From an uncultured Candidatus Saccharibacteria bacterium (GTDB lineage Bacteria > Patescibacteriota > WWE3 > UBA101185 > UBA10185), in NCBI GenBank assembly GCA_964643995.1, contig CAZXUJ010000003.1, positions 65,927-129,926 on the forward strand: 64,000 bases of DNA. Direction: 5' to 3'. Every line of letters begins with the position of its first letter. Positions within the stretch are counted from its first letter, which is position 1. Shown here in pieces: positions 41,445 to 50,388 of the stretch. Under the pieces are notes generated by a model that saw only the letters and a program-made list of their open reading frames with translations, made no database searches and was not told the DNA's origin. A program made the translations under genes and the position numbers.

Positions 41445-42683
41445 ATGAATTCTGTATCTTATACTTTTTACACCGCACAAAAGAAAAAGCTTGCAGCTCA
41501 GCAGAGTCGAAAAGCTAAATTCGTAGATTTTAAAGATTTGGTAAAAGTTTCTAATAAGCTAAAAAAAAAGAATCAAAAGATAGTGTTTACTACCGGAACA
41601 TTTGATTTATTAAATCCCGGTCATTGTAGATACTTGGCTGAAGCAAGGAGTAGGGGAGATGTCTTAGTTGTAGGTGTAAGTCCTGATTATTCGGTAAGAC
41701 AGGCTAAGGGTGATTTATATCCCCTTATTAACCAAGACTTACGTGCAGAATTAGTTAGTTATTTGAAAACAGTAGATTATGTTACTTTTTGTCCGGAGGG
41801 TCAACCACATGGCGTGTTGGCGCTTCTGAAACCGGATGTGTTTTTCACAAGTGCTGGGGCCTGGGACGATGGTTTGCGTGACATGCAGGAGGAGTATTTG
41901 GTTAAGTCTTATGGTGGGGTTGTTGTTAGACGTAAGAGACATAGTCCATACCTTAGTACTGTTCAACTTGTAGAGCACATTGCCAACATCCGAGTTTTGC
42001 AAATTCTCGAGAACTATATAAAGCAGGAAGTTAAGTCTTTTCAGCTAAACCCTGATGAGCACCTACATCCTGCTGACTATTCTGATCAAATTCCTATTTA
42101 TGATAATGCCTTTAACCCCATGGATCGTGTGAGAAACTTTTCTGATATTCCTGAACTAGTAAAAGAGTTTAGATCCAAAAAGAAGACGGTTGTGTTTGTT
42201 TCAGGGTCTTATGATTTACTACATACAGGTCACGCTAGATTTATTGAAAAGGCCGGTACTCTAGGTGACTTGCTGGTCGTTGGCATTCCTTCTGATCGTT
42301 CGCTTAGAGTTCTTAAGGGTGTTGGAAGACCAGTTATATCTGAAACCGCACGTGCGTATGTTCTTTCAAATCTTGATCTAGTAAATTATGTTGTAGTTTT
42401 TGATCACACTACTATATTGAGTACACTTCAAGAATTAAAACCTGATGTGTTTTTTACTGTCGATGAGAGTTGGAACTCAGGACTGGAGGATAGCCCAGAA
42501 TATAAAACCGTAGTTAGTTATGGTGGTAAGGTCGTAAAGGCCGAGAGACAATCTCCGTTTTTGTCTTCTTCCGCAATTATAAATAAGGTTGCTGGTGAAA
42601 AGGTTAAAGAAATTTTTAGTGATTGTATGGACGATAGAAAATATGAAAACATAATTAAAGAAAGGTCGAAATTTCAAAAATGA
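41445..42683 (+). CDS. Tandem cytidylyl/adenylyltransferase (two RfaE-II/TagD-like domains)
   Basis: GTFDLLNPGH and GSYDLLHTGH, KGVGRPV, KPDVFF twice, ST/SS motif. Confidence 0.88.
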   Translation: MNSVSYTFYTAQKKKLAAQQSRKAKFVDFKDLVKVSNKLKKKNQKIVFTTGTFDLLNPGHCRYLAEARSRGDVLVVGVSPDYSVRQAKGDLYPLINQDLRAELVSYLKTVDYVTFCPEGQPHGVLALLKPDVFFTSAGAWDDGLRDMQEEYLVKSYGGVVVRRKRHSPYLSTVQLVEHIANIRVLQILENYIKQEVKSFQLNPDEHLHPADYSDQIPIYDNAFNPMDRVRNFSDIPELVKEFRSKKKTVVFVSGSYDLLHTGHARFIEKAGTLGDLLVVGIPSDRSLRVLKGVGRPVISETARAYVLSNLDLVNYVVVFDHTTILSTLQELKPDVFFTVDESWNSGLEDSPEYKTVVSYGGKVVKAERQSPFLSSSAIINKVAGEKVKEIFSDCMDDRKYENIIKERSKFQK

Positions 42684-43177
42684 TTAAAGATGCTTATTCC
42701 GATGAGGCTCAGATGAAGGCTCGTTCAGTTTCTGAATGGTACGATAGGATTGTCGCAGCTACTGACAAATGCCCTTTTTGTGATCTAAAGGATAAATATA
42801 TTATACAAGAATTTAGTGGTATGGTTCTGACCGTGAACCTTTTTCCTTATATTGACGGCCATTTGATGATTATACCTATCAGACACATTGAGACTTTTGC
42901 TGAACTTACAGACCAAGAAGTGTTAGCGAGTAAAAAATTACTTGATTTGGGAATGCGTCTGGTTAAGGATGAGTTTAACTATGAAAACCTAAACATATTG
43001 TACCGGGAAGGGAGTAACAAGTCTGGCCAGAGTCTAAAGCATTTACATATACATATTTTACCAATAACGGCGGATTTACTTCAGTATGATAAAACAAACT
43101 TTAAGTGGGTGTTTCAGAAAATTAATTTTCCTCCGCGTGAGGTGGCAGAGAGGTTGCGTGCCAGAATACACAAATGA
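42680..43177 (+). CDS. HIT family nucleotide hydrolase
   Basis: CPFC, NLFPYIDGH, HLHIH. Confidence 0.92.
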   Translation: MIKDAYSDEAQMKARSVSEWYDRIVAATDKCPFCDLKDKYIIQEFSGMVLTVNLFPYIDGHLMIIPIRHIETFAELTDQEVLASKKLLDLGMRLVKDEFNYENLNILYREGSNKSGQSLKHLHIHILPITADLLQYDKTNFKWVFQKINFPPREVAERLRARIHK

Positions 43178-43622
43178 AGACATTGAATACATGAAAATGG
43201 CCTGTTTGCTTTGCGATAGAGCCCAGTGTGGTTATAAGGTAGGTTGCGTAGTGGTAAATGCTGGTAAAGCTATAGTGGAATCTTGGAATGAGCGTTTAGT
43301 GGGTAATATGTTTTGCAATTATGGCACGTGTGTCCGTGAGGAGGAGAATCTAAAGGGTGGTAAAAATATTGATCGTGTATGTTCTATACATGCTGAGCAA
43401 GCTGCAATTGCTAGTGCTGCTAAAACTGGAACGCCTTTGAAAGGCTGTACGATGTACGTTACAACATATCCTTGTTTGATTTGTGCCAAATCTATTGCTA
43501 AATCTGGAGTGTCTAAACTTTATTATATGTCAGACTACATGGGTGAGAATTTTGCAGATGCCATATTATCTGAGGCTGGTGTGGTAGTAACAAATATTCC
43601 TCAAGATGTTTGCTGGAGTTAA
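43158..43622 (+). CDS. dCMP deaminase-like zinc deaminase (ComEB family)
   Basis: KVGCVVV, HAEQAAI, PCLIC; likely GTG start at 43158. Confidence 0.9.
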   Translation: MPEYTNEDIEYMKMACLLCDRAQCGYKVGCVVVNAGKAIVESWNERLVGNMFCNYGTCVREEENLKGGKNIDRVCSIHAEQAAIASAAKTGTPLKGCTMYVTTYPCLICAKSIAKSGVSKLYYMSDYMGENFADAILSEAGVVVTNIPQDVCWS

Positions 43623-43625
43623 TTT

Positions 43626-45134
43626 ATGAGCAATAAAGAATGGCCGTCATATTTTAAAGATCGTTTGATAATTGATAACCTGGACTCGAACGTTGGTATA
43701 GCAACCCTGTGGATGCCTAAGGAAAATGTAGCAGAGGTTCTTAAACCCGGTTCATTTTCTGTGTGTGGGCAACTTTATACCAAACGTGGAATTTCCCCTC
43801 TTTTACGTAATGTTTTAGCAAACCCAAAAATAAGATATTTGGTTGTTTGTGGGCTAGATAGACAGGGGAGCGGTGAGGCGCTAATTAAATACTTTGAAAA
43901 TGGCGTAGTGCCGGAGGAACATGCCGGAGATGTGAAAGGTTGGAAAATTATAGATGACGATGAGGCTTTGCTAGATAAAGAGATTACCCTAGAGGCTTTA
44001 GAGTTAGTAAGGCATCATGTCAAGATTATTGATTTACGAAAAAAACCTTTAGAGGTAATCGCAGAGCATATTGCCACATTAGAAAAACTTCCACCATTTG
44101 CTGAACCTCAATACTTTCCAGAGGTGTTACCACCTGTTGTTGAGCAATACCCGTCTGATATGTCTGTTTTTAAGATCCGTCGAGATTACATTGGGGATTC
44201 CTGGATAGACATACTGAAAGTTCTTCACCGCTTTGGGCATCAAATTCCTGGAATGTATGGCAACGTGAAGCTAGTTCATAACATCTGCGTCGTTATTGAA
44301 AAAGAAGATCCCGATGGTCCTAAGTTTTATGATTTTCTAAATTTCAAAAAAGATGCTCTAGAAAAGTATATCGAAGGTTTTTTTGACAAAGATAAACGTG
44401 ATGAACCCTATACATATGGTGAGCGACTTTTTGATTGGGATGGCTTAGATCAAGTAGCTATCATGACGGAGAAGTTGCAGAGATTTCCTTACGATCGTGG
44501 AGCATTAGCAGTCCTATGGAAGCCTCATAAAGACAACTTTCCACCTGAAAAAAGCCACATCCAGAAAAACGGTCAAACTAAAGGTTGGCGAGTGCCTTGT
44601 TTAGTTATGGTTGCAGGTCAATGCTTAGGTGATAGCTTTAATATGACTGCCTTTTTTAGAAGTAACGATATGTTTGGGGCATGGCCTCTTAATGCATTTG
44701 CACTACGTACTCTGCAAAAGCAAATCTCCCAGAAGATAGGGAAGAGTTTGGGATCATTGACCACTATATCTCACGTGGCTGAGTTGTATGAAATCGATTG
44801 GGACTCTACGACTAAGATCATCCAAGAAAACAACAAACTTGATAGAACATGCATGTATGACTCCAGAAGCTATTACATAGTTGAGGTAGTAGGAGAGGAG
44901 ATTCATCTGACTTTTATGACTCCTGACGGTGCTCAGGAAATTGCTAAGTTTATTGAGGATGGTAAAAAACCTAAAATTGCTCGTGATATGTGTGCGATGG
45001 CAATAAGAGATATGTTAATCAGTGATTTAGGTGCCGCAGCAGATTTAGGTAGGCAGTTGGCAAAAGCAGAGGCCGCAGTGAAGTTGGGCCTAAAGTTTGA
45101 GCAAGACAATTTACTATCAATGAAGCTCAAGTAG
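43626..45134 (+). CDS. MtrA-like domain + thymidylate synthase-like domain + DUF4346-like C-terminus
   Basis: GISPLLRNVLANPKIRYLVVCG (MtrA-like), YTYGERL, VPCL, FRSNDMFGAWPLN, AADLGRQLAKAE..KFEQD. Confidence 0.82.
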   Translation: MSNKEWPSYFKDRLIIDNLDSNVGIATLWMPKENVAEVLKPGSFSVCGQLYTKRGISPLLRNVLANPKIRYLVVCGLDRQGSGEALIKYFENGVVPEEHAGDVKGWKIIDDDEALLDKEITLEALELVRHHVKIIDLRKKPLEVIAEHIATLEKLPPFAEPQYFPEVLPPVVEQYPSDMSVFKIRRDYIGDSWIDILKVLHRFGHQIPGMYGNVKLVHNICVVIEKEDPDGPKFYDFLNFKKDALEKYIEGFFDKDKRDEPYTYGERLFDWDGLDQVAIMTEKLQRFPYDRGALAVLWKPHKDNFPPEKSHIQKNGQTKGWRVPCLVMVAGQCLGDSFNMTAFFRSNDMFGAWPLNAFALRTLQKQISQKIGKSLGSLTTISHVAELYEIDWDSTTKIIQENNKLDRTCMYDSRSYYIVEVVGEEIHLTFMTPDGAQEIAKFIEDGKKPKIARDMCAMAIRDMLISDLGAAADLGRQLAKAEAAVKLGLKFEQDNLLSMKLK

Positions 45135-45950
45135 AAGTCGATTATACATTTTTTCGAAATAGTCCTTTTCGTTTTGCCAATATTCCTGATTTGTATAGTC
45201 ATTCTTATGCTTAACAATGTTGTTTAGATGTCGTGTTAAAACCAATTTTGCGTAATCATTTAGTTCGTCAACGTTTATACTATTATAGTAATTTTTCTTA
45301 ATCATGGCAGATAAGGTTGTAAAATCAGCTTTTTTAAATCTAAACCACGAGAATACTGCCATATATGCAAGATCATATTCCACCGGTCCCAAAACAACAT
45401 TCTCAAAGTCCAATACTCCAGAAATTTTATTTGATGCTACTATAACGTTTGAGGGTGTTAGGTCACCATGAAGGAGCACTGGTTCGCTTGTGTCTATCAC
45501 CGGTAGGTTTAGTTTACTTAGTCCTTTTGTCTTGTTGGAAAAATTATGAATTTTGTTCAAGACGTCGATCATTTGCTCAAAAATCTCCATATTCATATCA
45601 AATGGCGGGGTCCCCTCAATGTGTTTATGCAAACGAATTGTGTGATCCTCGAATTCTGTTATGTACTGGTTTGCTATGTTTTTTATGTATTTTGGTGTTG
45701 GCAAAGTTTCATTTAATAGGTTTTCGATTTTTATTGCTCTTTCAAGTGTTTCGACTTTTTCTGTGGTATTTTTTGATATACGTGCAATGAGTTTTTCACC
45801 AGACTTTGTTTCTAGATAGATCGTATATGTGTGGTAGCCCCAAGATATAAGTTCACTGGTCTTTATGTTTAGTAGATATGCTTCACGAATTCTATTCTTG
45901 AGTGCTTGGTGTTCTTTAACATTTGCAAAGTTTGCGTATTCATCGAACAT
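45117..45950 (-). CDS. Aminoglycoside phosphotransferase / choline kinase-like protein
   Basis: LLHGDLTPSN, VLDFE, GPVEYDLA. Confidence 0.85.
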   Translation of the reverse strand: MFDEYANFANVKEHQALKNRIREAYLLNIKTSELISWGYHTYTIYLETKSGEKLIARISKNTTEKVETLERAIKIENLLNETLPTPKYIKNIANQYITEFEDHTIRLHKHIEGTPPFDMNMEIFEQMIDVLNKIHNFSNKTKGLSKLNLPVIDTSEPVLLHGDLTPSNVIVASNKISGVLDFENVVLGPVEYDLAYMAVFSWFRFKKADFTTLSAMIKKNYYNSINVDELNDYAKLVLTRHLNNIVKHKNDYTNQEYWQNEKDYFEKMYNRLLLELH

Positions 45951-46003
45951 TCTAGCATTAAAGCATAACTTGTGATATTCTCCTAGTGCTCGAATAATCC
46001 TGG

Positions 46004-46124
46004 CGAACTTAGGTATAAGGCGCTTTCGGGTAAGTGTTTGACCTTGAGTTAAAACACAATAGAAAAAGGAGGCTATGTAACAAGTTTTTAATTTTTTTAA
46101 GCCTCCAATTTCGGAGGTTTTTTT
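46004..46124 (+). promoter_or_regulatory. Structured rpsB leader (probable S2 autoregulatory element)
   Basis: Long hairpin AACTTAGGT...ACCTTGAGTT, then GGAGGC/GCCTCC and CCTCC/GGAGG alternative pairings just before the rpsB ATG. Confidence 0.55.
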
Positions 46125-47117
46125 ATGGCAAAAAATAATTATAAAACACCTGATGCAAAAGAATTACTAGATGCGGGTGTGCATTTTGGACATCAAGTTA
46201 GAAGATGGCATCCTAAGATGGAGCCTTATATTTTCACGGTCAAGAAAAATATTCATATTATTGATTTGGAAAAGACTGAACAAATGCTTAAAGAGGCATG
46301 TGACTACCTTCACGGTGTTGCGGCTAGAGGTGGGCAGATTATCTTCGTAGGTACTAAAAAGCAGGCTCGTGACATGATCAAGCTTGAAGCTAAGAGAAGC
46401 GGTGCAATGTACATTAATGAGCGTTGGTTGGGTGGCATTATGACCAATCACGAGGTTATAAAGCGCAACATGAGGAAACTCACTGATTTAATGCATCGCC
46501 GTGAAATTGGGGATCTTATGAGATATACCAAAAAAGAACGTTTGTTAATTGATAGGGAGATCGATAAGCTCGAAAAGTATGTTGGTGGTATTGTTGGGTT
46601 GCATAAGATTCCAGAGGCTTTGTTTATTATTGATGCTCGCCGAGAAAAAACTGCAATTCGTGAGGCCGCTAATGTTGGAGCTAAGGTTGTTGCACTAGTT
46701 GACACAAACACCGACCCAACTGGTATCGATATGGTAATACCAGGCAATGATGACGGTATAAGATCTATTGCAACTGTTCTAAATGCTATAAGTGATGCTA
46801 TTGAGGCTGGTTATAAAGAATTTGCTGACAAGTTACAAAAAGGTGAGGCGACTGTTGAGCAAAAGAAGGATGAACCTGTGACTAAGGTTGTTACACCTAA
46901 AGTGTCACGCTCCGAATCGGTTGTATCCACCAAAGGCGCTAAAGATGCTGTCGTTGATCCGCTAGATATAGTTCCACTAGTAGTTGATGACGCTGAGATA
47001 GTTGAAGAGTTGGGTATAAAAGTCGAAATACCCGTTGTAAATGAAGAAAAAGAGGGCGAAGTAAAGATAAAAAAAAGCAAAGCCAATGTAACGAAAAAAG
47101 CAAAGAAGGGTAAATAG
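46125..47117 (+). CDS. rpsB: 30S ribosomal protein S2 with C-terminal extension
   Basis: LLDAGVHFGH, WHPKM, RWLGG, IPGNDD. Confidence 0.98.
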   Translation: MAKNNYKTPDAKELLDAGVHFGHQVRRWHPKMEPYIFTVKKNIHIIDLEKTEQMLKEACDYLHGVAARGGQIIFVGTKKQARDMIKLEAKRSGAMYINERWLGGIMTNHEVIKRNMRKLTDLMHRREIGDLMRYTKKERLLIDREIDKLEKYVGGIVGLHKIPEALFIIDARREKTAIREAANVGAKVVALVDTNTDPTGIDMVIPGNDDGIRSIATVLNAISDAIEAGYKEFADKLQKGEATVEQKKDEPVTKVVTPKVSRSESVVSTKGAKDAVVDPLDIVPLVVDDAEIVEELGIKVEIPVVNEEKEGEVKIKKSKANVTKKAKKGK

Positions 47118-47144
47118 TCAGTTCGTATATTTTTAAGGAGAATT

Positions 47145-47600
47145 ATGGAATTAAATATTCAGGATATAAAAAAACTTAGAGAAGAGACCGGAGCAGGTGT
47201 CTTGGATGCCAAACAGGCCCTACAAGATAGCGCTGGGGATTACGAAACGGCTAAGGCTCAATTGGCGGCCAAAGGGTTAGCAAAAGCTGATAAGAAGGCT
47301 GCTAGGGTAACTAAAGACGGTTTAATTTACTCATACATCCATGGGAATGGGAAAATAGGTAGTATGGTTTATGTTGCATGCGAGACTGATTTTGTAGCTA
47401 AGACAGAAGATTTTAAGAATCTATGTCATGCAGTAGCTTTGCAGGTTTGTTCGGGTGACTATCAAGATGTTGAGGAGTTAGTGAATGACGATTACATCCG
47501 TGACCCAAGCAAAACTATTCTTTCATTGGTCAAAGAAACAATTGCAAAAGTTGGAGAAAACATAGAGGTAAAGAGTTTTAGCAAACTGGCAGTTAATTAG
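47145..47600 (+). CDS. tsf: Elongation factor Ts (short form)
   Basis: IKKLREETGAG, CETDFVAK, GENI. Confidence 0.96.
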   Translation: MELNIQDIKKLREETGAGVLDAKQALQDSAGDYETAKAQLAAKGLAKADKKAARVTKDGLIYSYIHGNGKIGSMVYVACETDFVAKTEDFKNLCHAVALQVCSGDYQDVEELVNDDYIRDPSKTILSLVKETIAKVGENIEVKSFSKLAVN

Positions 47601-47639
47601 CTGGAAAAAGTATCGTATTTAACGTAATATCTTAAATGT

Positions 47640-48194
47640 ATGCAAACTTCTGAGTTGAAGAAAAAACTTGATTCCGCTATAGACTTTCTAGAATCCGAAC
47701 TATCTCAAATTCGTACTGGACGCGTGACAACAACCTTGTTGGACGTTGTATCTATTGAGGCCTATGGAACAAGAATGACCTTACGTGAGGTAGGGACCAT
47801 AAGTGTTTTAGATCCCCAAACTTTGCAGGTGACCCCTTGGGATAAAAGTCTACTAGAACCTATTTCCAAAGCTATCAGGGAAAGTGAACTCGGTATAAAT
47901 CCAGTGTCTAAAAGTGATTTAGTATTAATTCCGGTGCCCCCACTTACCGAGGATCGTCGCAAGGAGTTTGCTAAAATGGCTACTCTAAAAGTCGAGAATG
48001 TTAAGAATACCATTCGTGGAGTGCGTCAAGAAGCAATGAAGGACATTGATGCCGATTTTGCTAATAAGGCTTTTGGTGAGGACGACAAATTTAGATTTAA
48101 GGACGAGGTCGAAGACACTGTGAAAAAATACACAGAAAAAGCCGAAGAATTGGGCGAAGCCAAAAAGACAGATATAATGTCTGTAGGCAAGTAA
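47640..48194 (+). CDS. frr: Ribosome recycling factor
   Basis: IRTGR, PWDKS, PPLTEDRRKE. Confidence 0.97.
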   Translation: MQTSELKKKLDSAIDFLESELSQIRTGRVTTTLLDVVSIEAYGTRMTLREVGTISVLDPQTLQVTPWDKSLLEPISKAIRESELGINPVSKSDLVLIPVPPLTEDRRKEFAKMATLKVENVKNTIRGVRQEAMKDIDADFANKAFGEDDKFRFKDEVEDTVKKYTEKAEELGEAKKTDIMSVGK

Positions 48195-48204
48195 GGAATT
48201 TTTT

Positions 48205-49365
48205 ATGCTAACTTTACTGCTTTTTATCTTAATACTCTCGATCTTAGTCATTATTCATGAATTTGGACATTTTTATGTTGCTAAACGTGCCGGTGTTAGG
48301 GTAGAAGAATTTGGGTTTGGGCTCCCTCCTCGCTTACTTGGGAAAAAAATAGGTGAGACTCTTTATTCCATAAATCTATTACCTTTTGGCGGTTTTGTTA
48401 AACTTGCTGGAGAAGATGAGCCGGATGAAACCAGTTATGAAACTGCCTCAAAAGATCCTCGAAATTTTATGTCTAAGACAGTACTTCAACGATCTGCTAT
48501 TGTCTTGGCAGGAATTGTGATGAATAGTTTGTTGGCAGTACTCCTATACTATGTTTTTTTTATATTCACTGGTTTTAAATCTCTCACTATACCAAATTTT
48601 TTTGATTATAGATTTAGATTTGGAACCTCGGAGGAGATTAACACTGTAGTATTGGGGTATACCGTTGATTCCTCGTCTGAGGCTTTGGTTTCAGTAGGCG
48701 AAGCTATTTTGGAAGTTGATGGTAAGGCTGTTTACAGCGTTTCAGATATACGGGAGTCGGTAAAATATAAGGCTAATCAAGACGTGAATCTTTTACTCAT
48801 GAATGTTAGTTCTGTAAATCGTGAGTTGCGCTCGACTACTGTCAAACCAACAGCAAACGATGCCGGAGAGGGTGTTTTAGGTGTATACATAGGTGAGGCC
48901 ACCGTTCTTAACTATTCAAACACCAAGATTTTATCAGGACCAATGCATGCTTATAATATTTTGGCATATTCCAAATTTACATTGGGTAGGTTAGTGGGGG
49001 AGTCTGTTAGTCAACGCTCTGTTGAGCCTGTTTCTGCCAGTGTCTCTGGTCCAGTAGGAATAATGTCGGTTGTTGGTGGTATTTTGGATCAATCATCGGG
49101 TATATCGTCAGCCCCGGATCGTTTTAAAACTGTTGCTTTAAGTTTAATTGATCTCACTGCCTTACTTTCGGTAAGCTTGGCATTTATAAATGCAATACCA
49201 TTTCCAGCTTTGGATGGAGGACGCTTAGCATTTATTTTGCTTGAAGGAATTCGCGGTAAAAGAATATCTCCTAAATATGAGGTAGCGTTTCATCAAGCGG
49301 GCATGATTCTGCTTTTAGGACTTTTGGTGATGGTTACAATACGAGATGTAGCCCGTATTTTTTAA
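48205..49365 (+). CDS. rseP: RIP metalloprotease RseP
   Basis: HEFGHF, EFGFG, GGFVKL, PDZ-like region, NAIPFPALDGG. Confidence 0.94.
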   Translation: MLTLLLFILILSILVIIHEFGHFYVAKRAGVRVEEFGFGLPPRLLGKKIGETLYSINLLPFGGFVKLAGEDEPDETSYETASKDPRNFMSKTVLQRSAIVLAGIVMNSLLAVLLYYVFFIFTGFKSLTIPNFFDYRFRFGTSEEINTVVLGYTVDSSSEALVSVGEAILEVDGKAVYSVSDIRESVKYKANQDVNLLLMNVSSVNRELRSTTVKPTANDAGEGVLGVYIGEATVLNYSNTKILSGPMHAYNILAYSKFTLGRLVGESVSQRSVEPVSASVSGPVGIMSVVGGILDQSSGISSAPDRFKTVALSLIDLTALLSVSLAFINAIPFPALDGGRLAFILLEGIRGKRISPKYEVAFHQAGMILLLGLLVMVTIRDVARIF

Positions 49366-49527
49366 TACTCGTTTTTGCTTTTTTATCCGCTGTTATGCTA
49401 TCATTTACCAGCATTAGTTTGTATAAAATATATTTAGGTATATACTAAAAATATCTGCGTACCAAATTGATAAAAGTTTTTGGAGGTGTATTCCACATTA
49501 GTGCTGTATAAGCACAATGAACGTAAC

Positions 49528-49725
49528 ATGACACGTGTAAAAGTAAGACACGGCGAAAGTTTGGATCAAGCTTTAAGAAGATTTAATCGCGAAGTTTTAA
49601 AAGCAGGGATTCTAAAAGAACTGAGAAAAAGAGAAAGATATAGAAAACCTAGTGAAATTAAGACTGAAAAGAAAAAAGAGAAAAAGCGAAAAATTTATAT
49701 TGAAAGATTGAAAAGTGGAAGATAA
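49528..49725 (+). CDS. rpsU: 30S ribosomal protein S21
   Basis: [15 protein letters not shown]; ATG at 49528. Confidence 0.93.
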   Translation: MTRVKVRHGESLDQALRRFNREVLKAGILKELRKRERYRKPSEIKTEKKKEKKRKIYIERLKSGR

Positions 49726-49743
49726 TTCTTCCCCTAGTTTGTC

Positions 49744-50058
49744 GTGATCATAGAAAAATTGCAAAAAGATCTTGTAACTGCACAAAAAGAAAAAGCCGCA
49801 CAAACCGTGTTGGTAATTAGGTATTTGATATCACAGATTCGTAATTATGAGATTGAAATACGCGTAGAAAACCGCTCCTTAACTGATGAGGATGCTATGT
49901 TAGTATTAAAGCGCCAGATAAAGCGTCGCAAGAAAGCTATAGAAGAATTTGAAAAAGGTAATCGACCGGATATTGTGGCTAAAGAAAAAGCTGAACTTTC
50001 TTTGGTTGAGACTTATTATGCTGACTTTGAGAAAGAACTTGGTTTAAGTGTAGAATAG
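49744..50058 (+). CDS. GatB/YqeY domain protein
   Basis: QIKRRKKAIEEFEKGNRPD..KEKAEL; follows rpsU. Confidence 0.88.
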   Translation: MIIEKLQKDLVTAQKEKAAQTVLVIRYLISQIRNYEIEIRVENRSLTDEDAMLVLKRQIKRRKKAIEEFEKGNRPDIVAKEKAELSLVETYYADFEKELGLSVE

Positions 50059-50064
50059 CTGAGC

Positions 50065-50388
50065 ATGAAATTTGATAAACCATTTAACATTTCGGTACGC
50101 ATATCTGATGATACTGAGATCCAAGAACTAAATAAAAAACATTTTGATAGAGATTACCCAACAGATGTGTTGTCCTTTAACATGGATACAACTACTGAAG
50201 AAGGGGAGTTTTACCTCGGAGACATTATTGTGAACAAGGATCAGGCTCAGAGACAATCTCAAGAGTTTGGCAATGACCTTGAGCATGAGATTGCTGATTT
50301 AGTGGCACATGGCATTTTACATCTTTTGGGCGTTCATCACCCTGATGATGATGAAAATTCTATTCATGGCCTAAACAATCAGAAATAA
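50065..50388 (+). CDS. ybeY: rRNA maturation endoribonuclease YbeY
   Basis: PTDVLSF, LGDI, HGILHLLGVHH. Confidence 0.93.
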   Translation: MKFDKPFNISVRISDDTEIQELNKKHFDRDYPTDVLSFNMDTTTEEGEFYLGDIIVNKDQAQRQSQEFGNDLEHEIADLVAHGILHLLGVHHPDDDENSIHGLNNQK

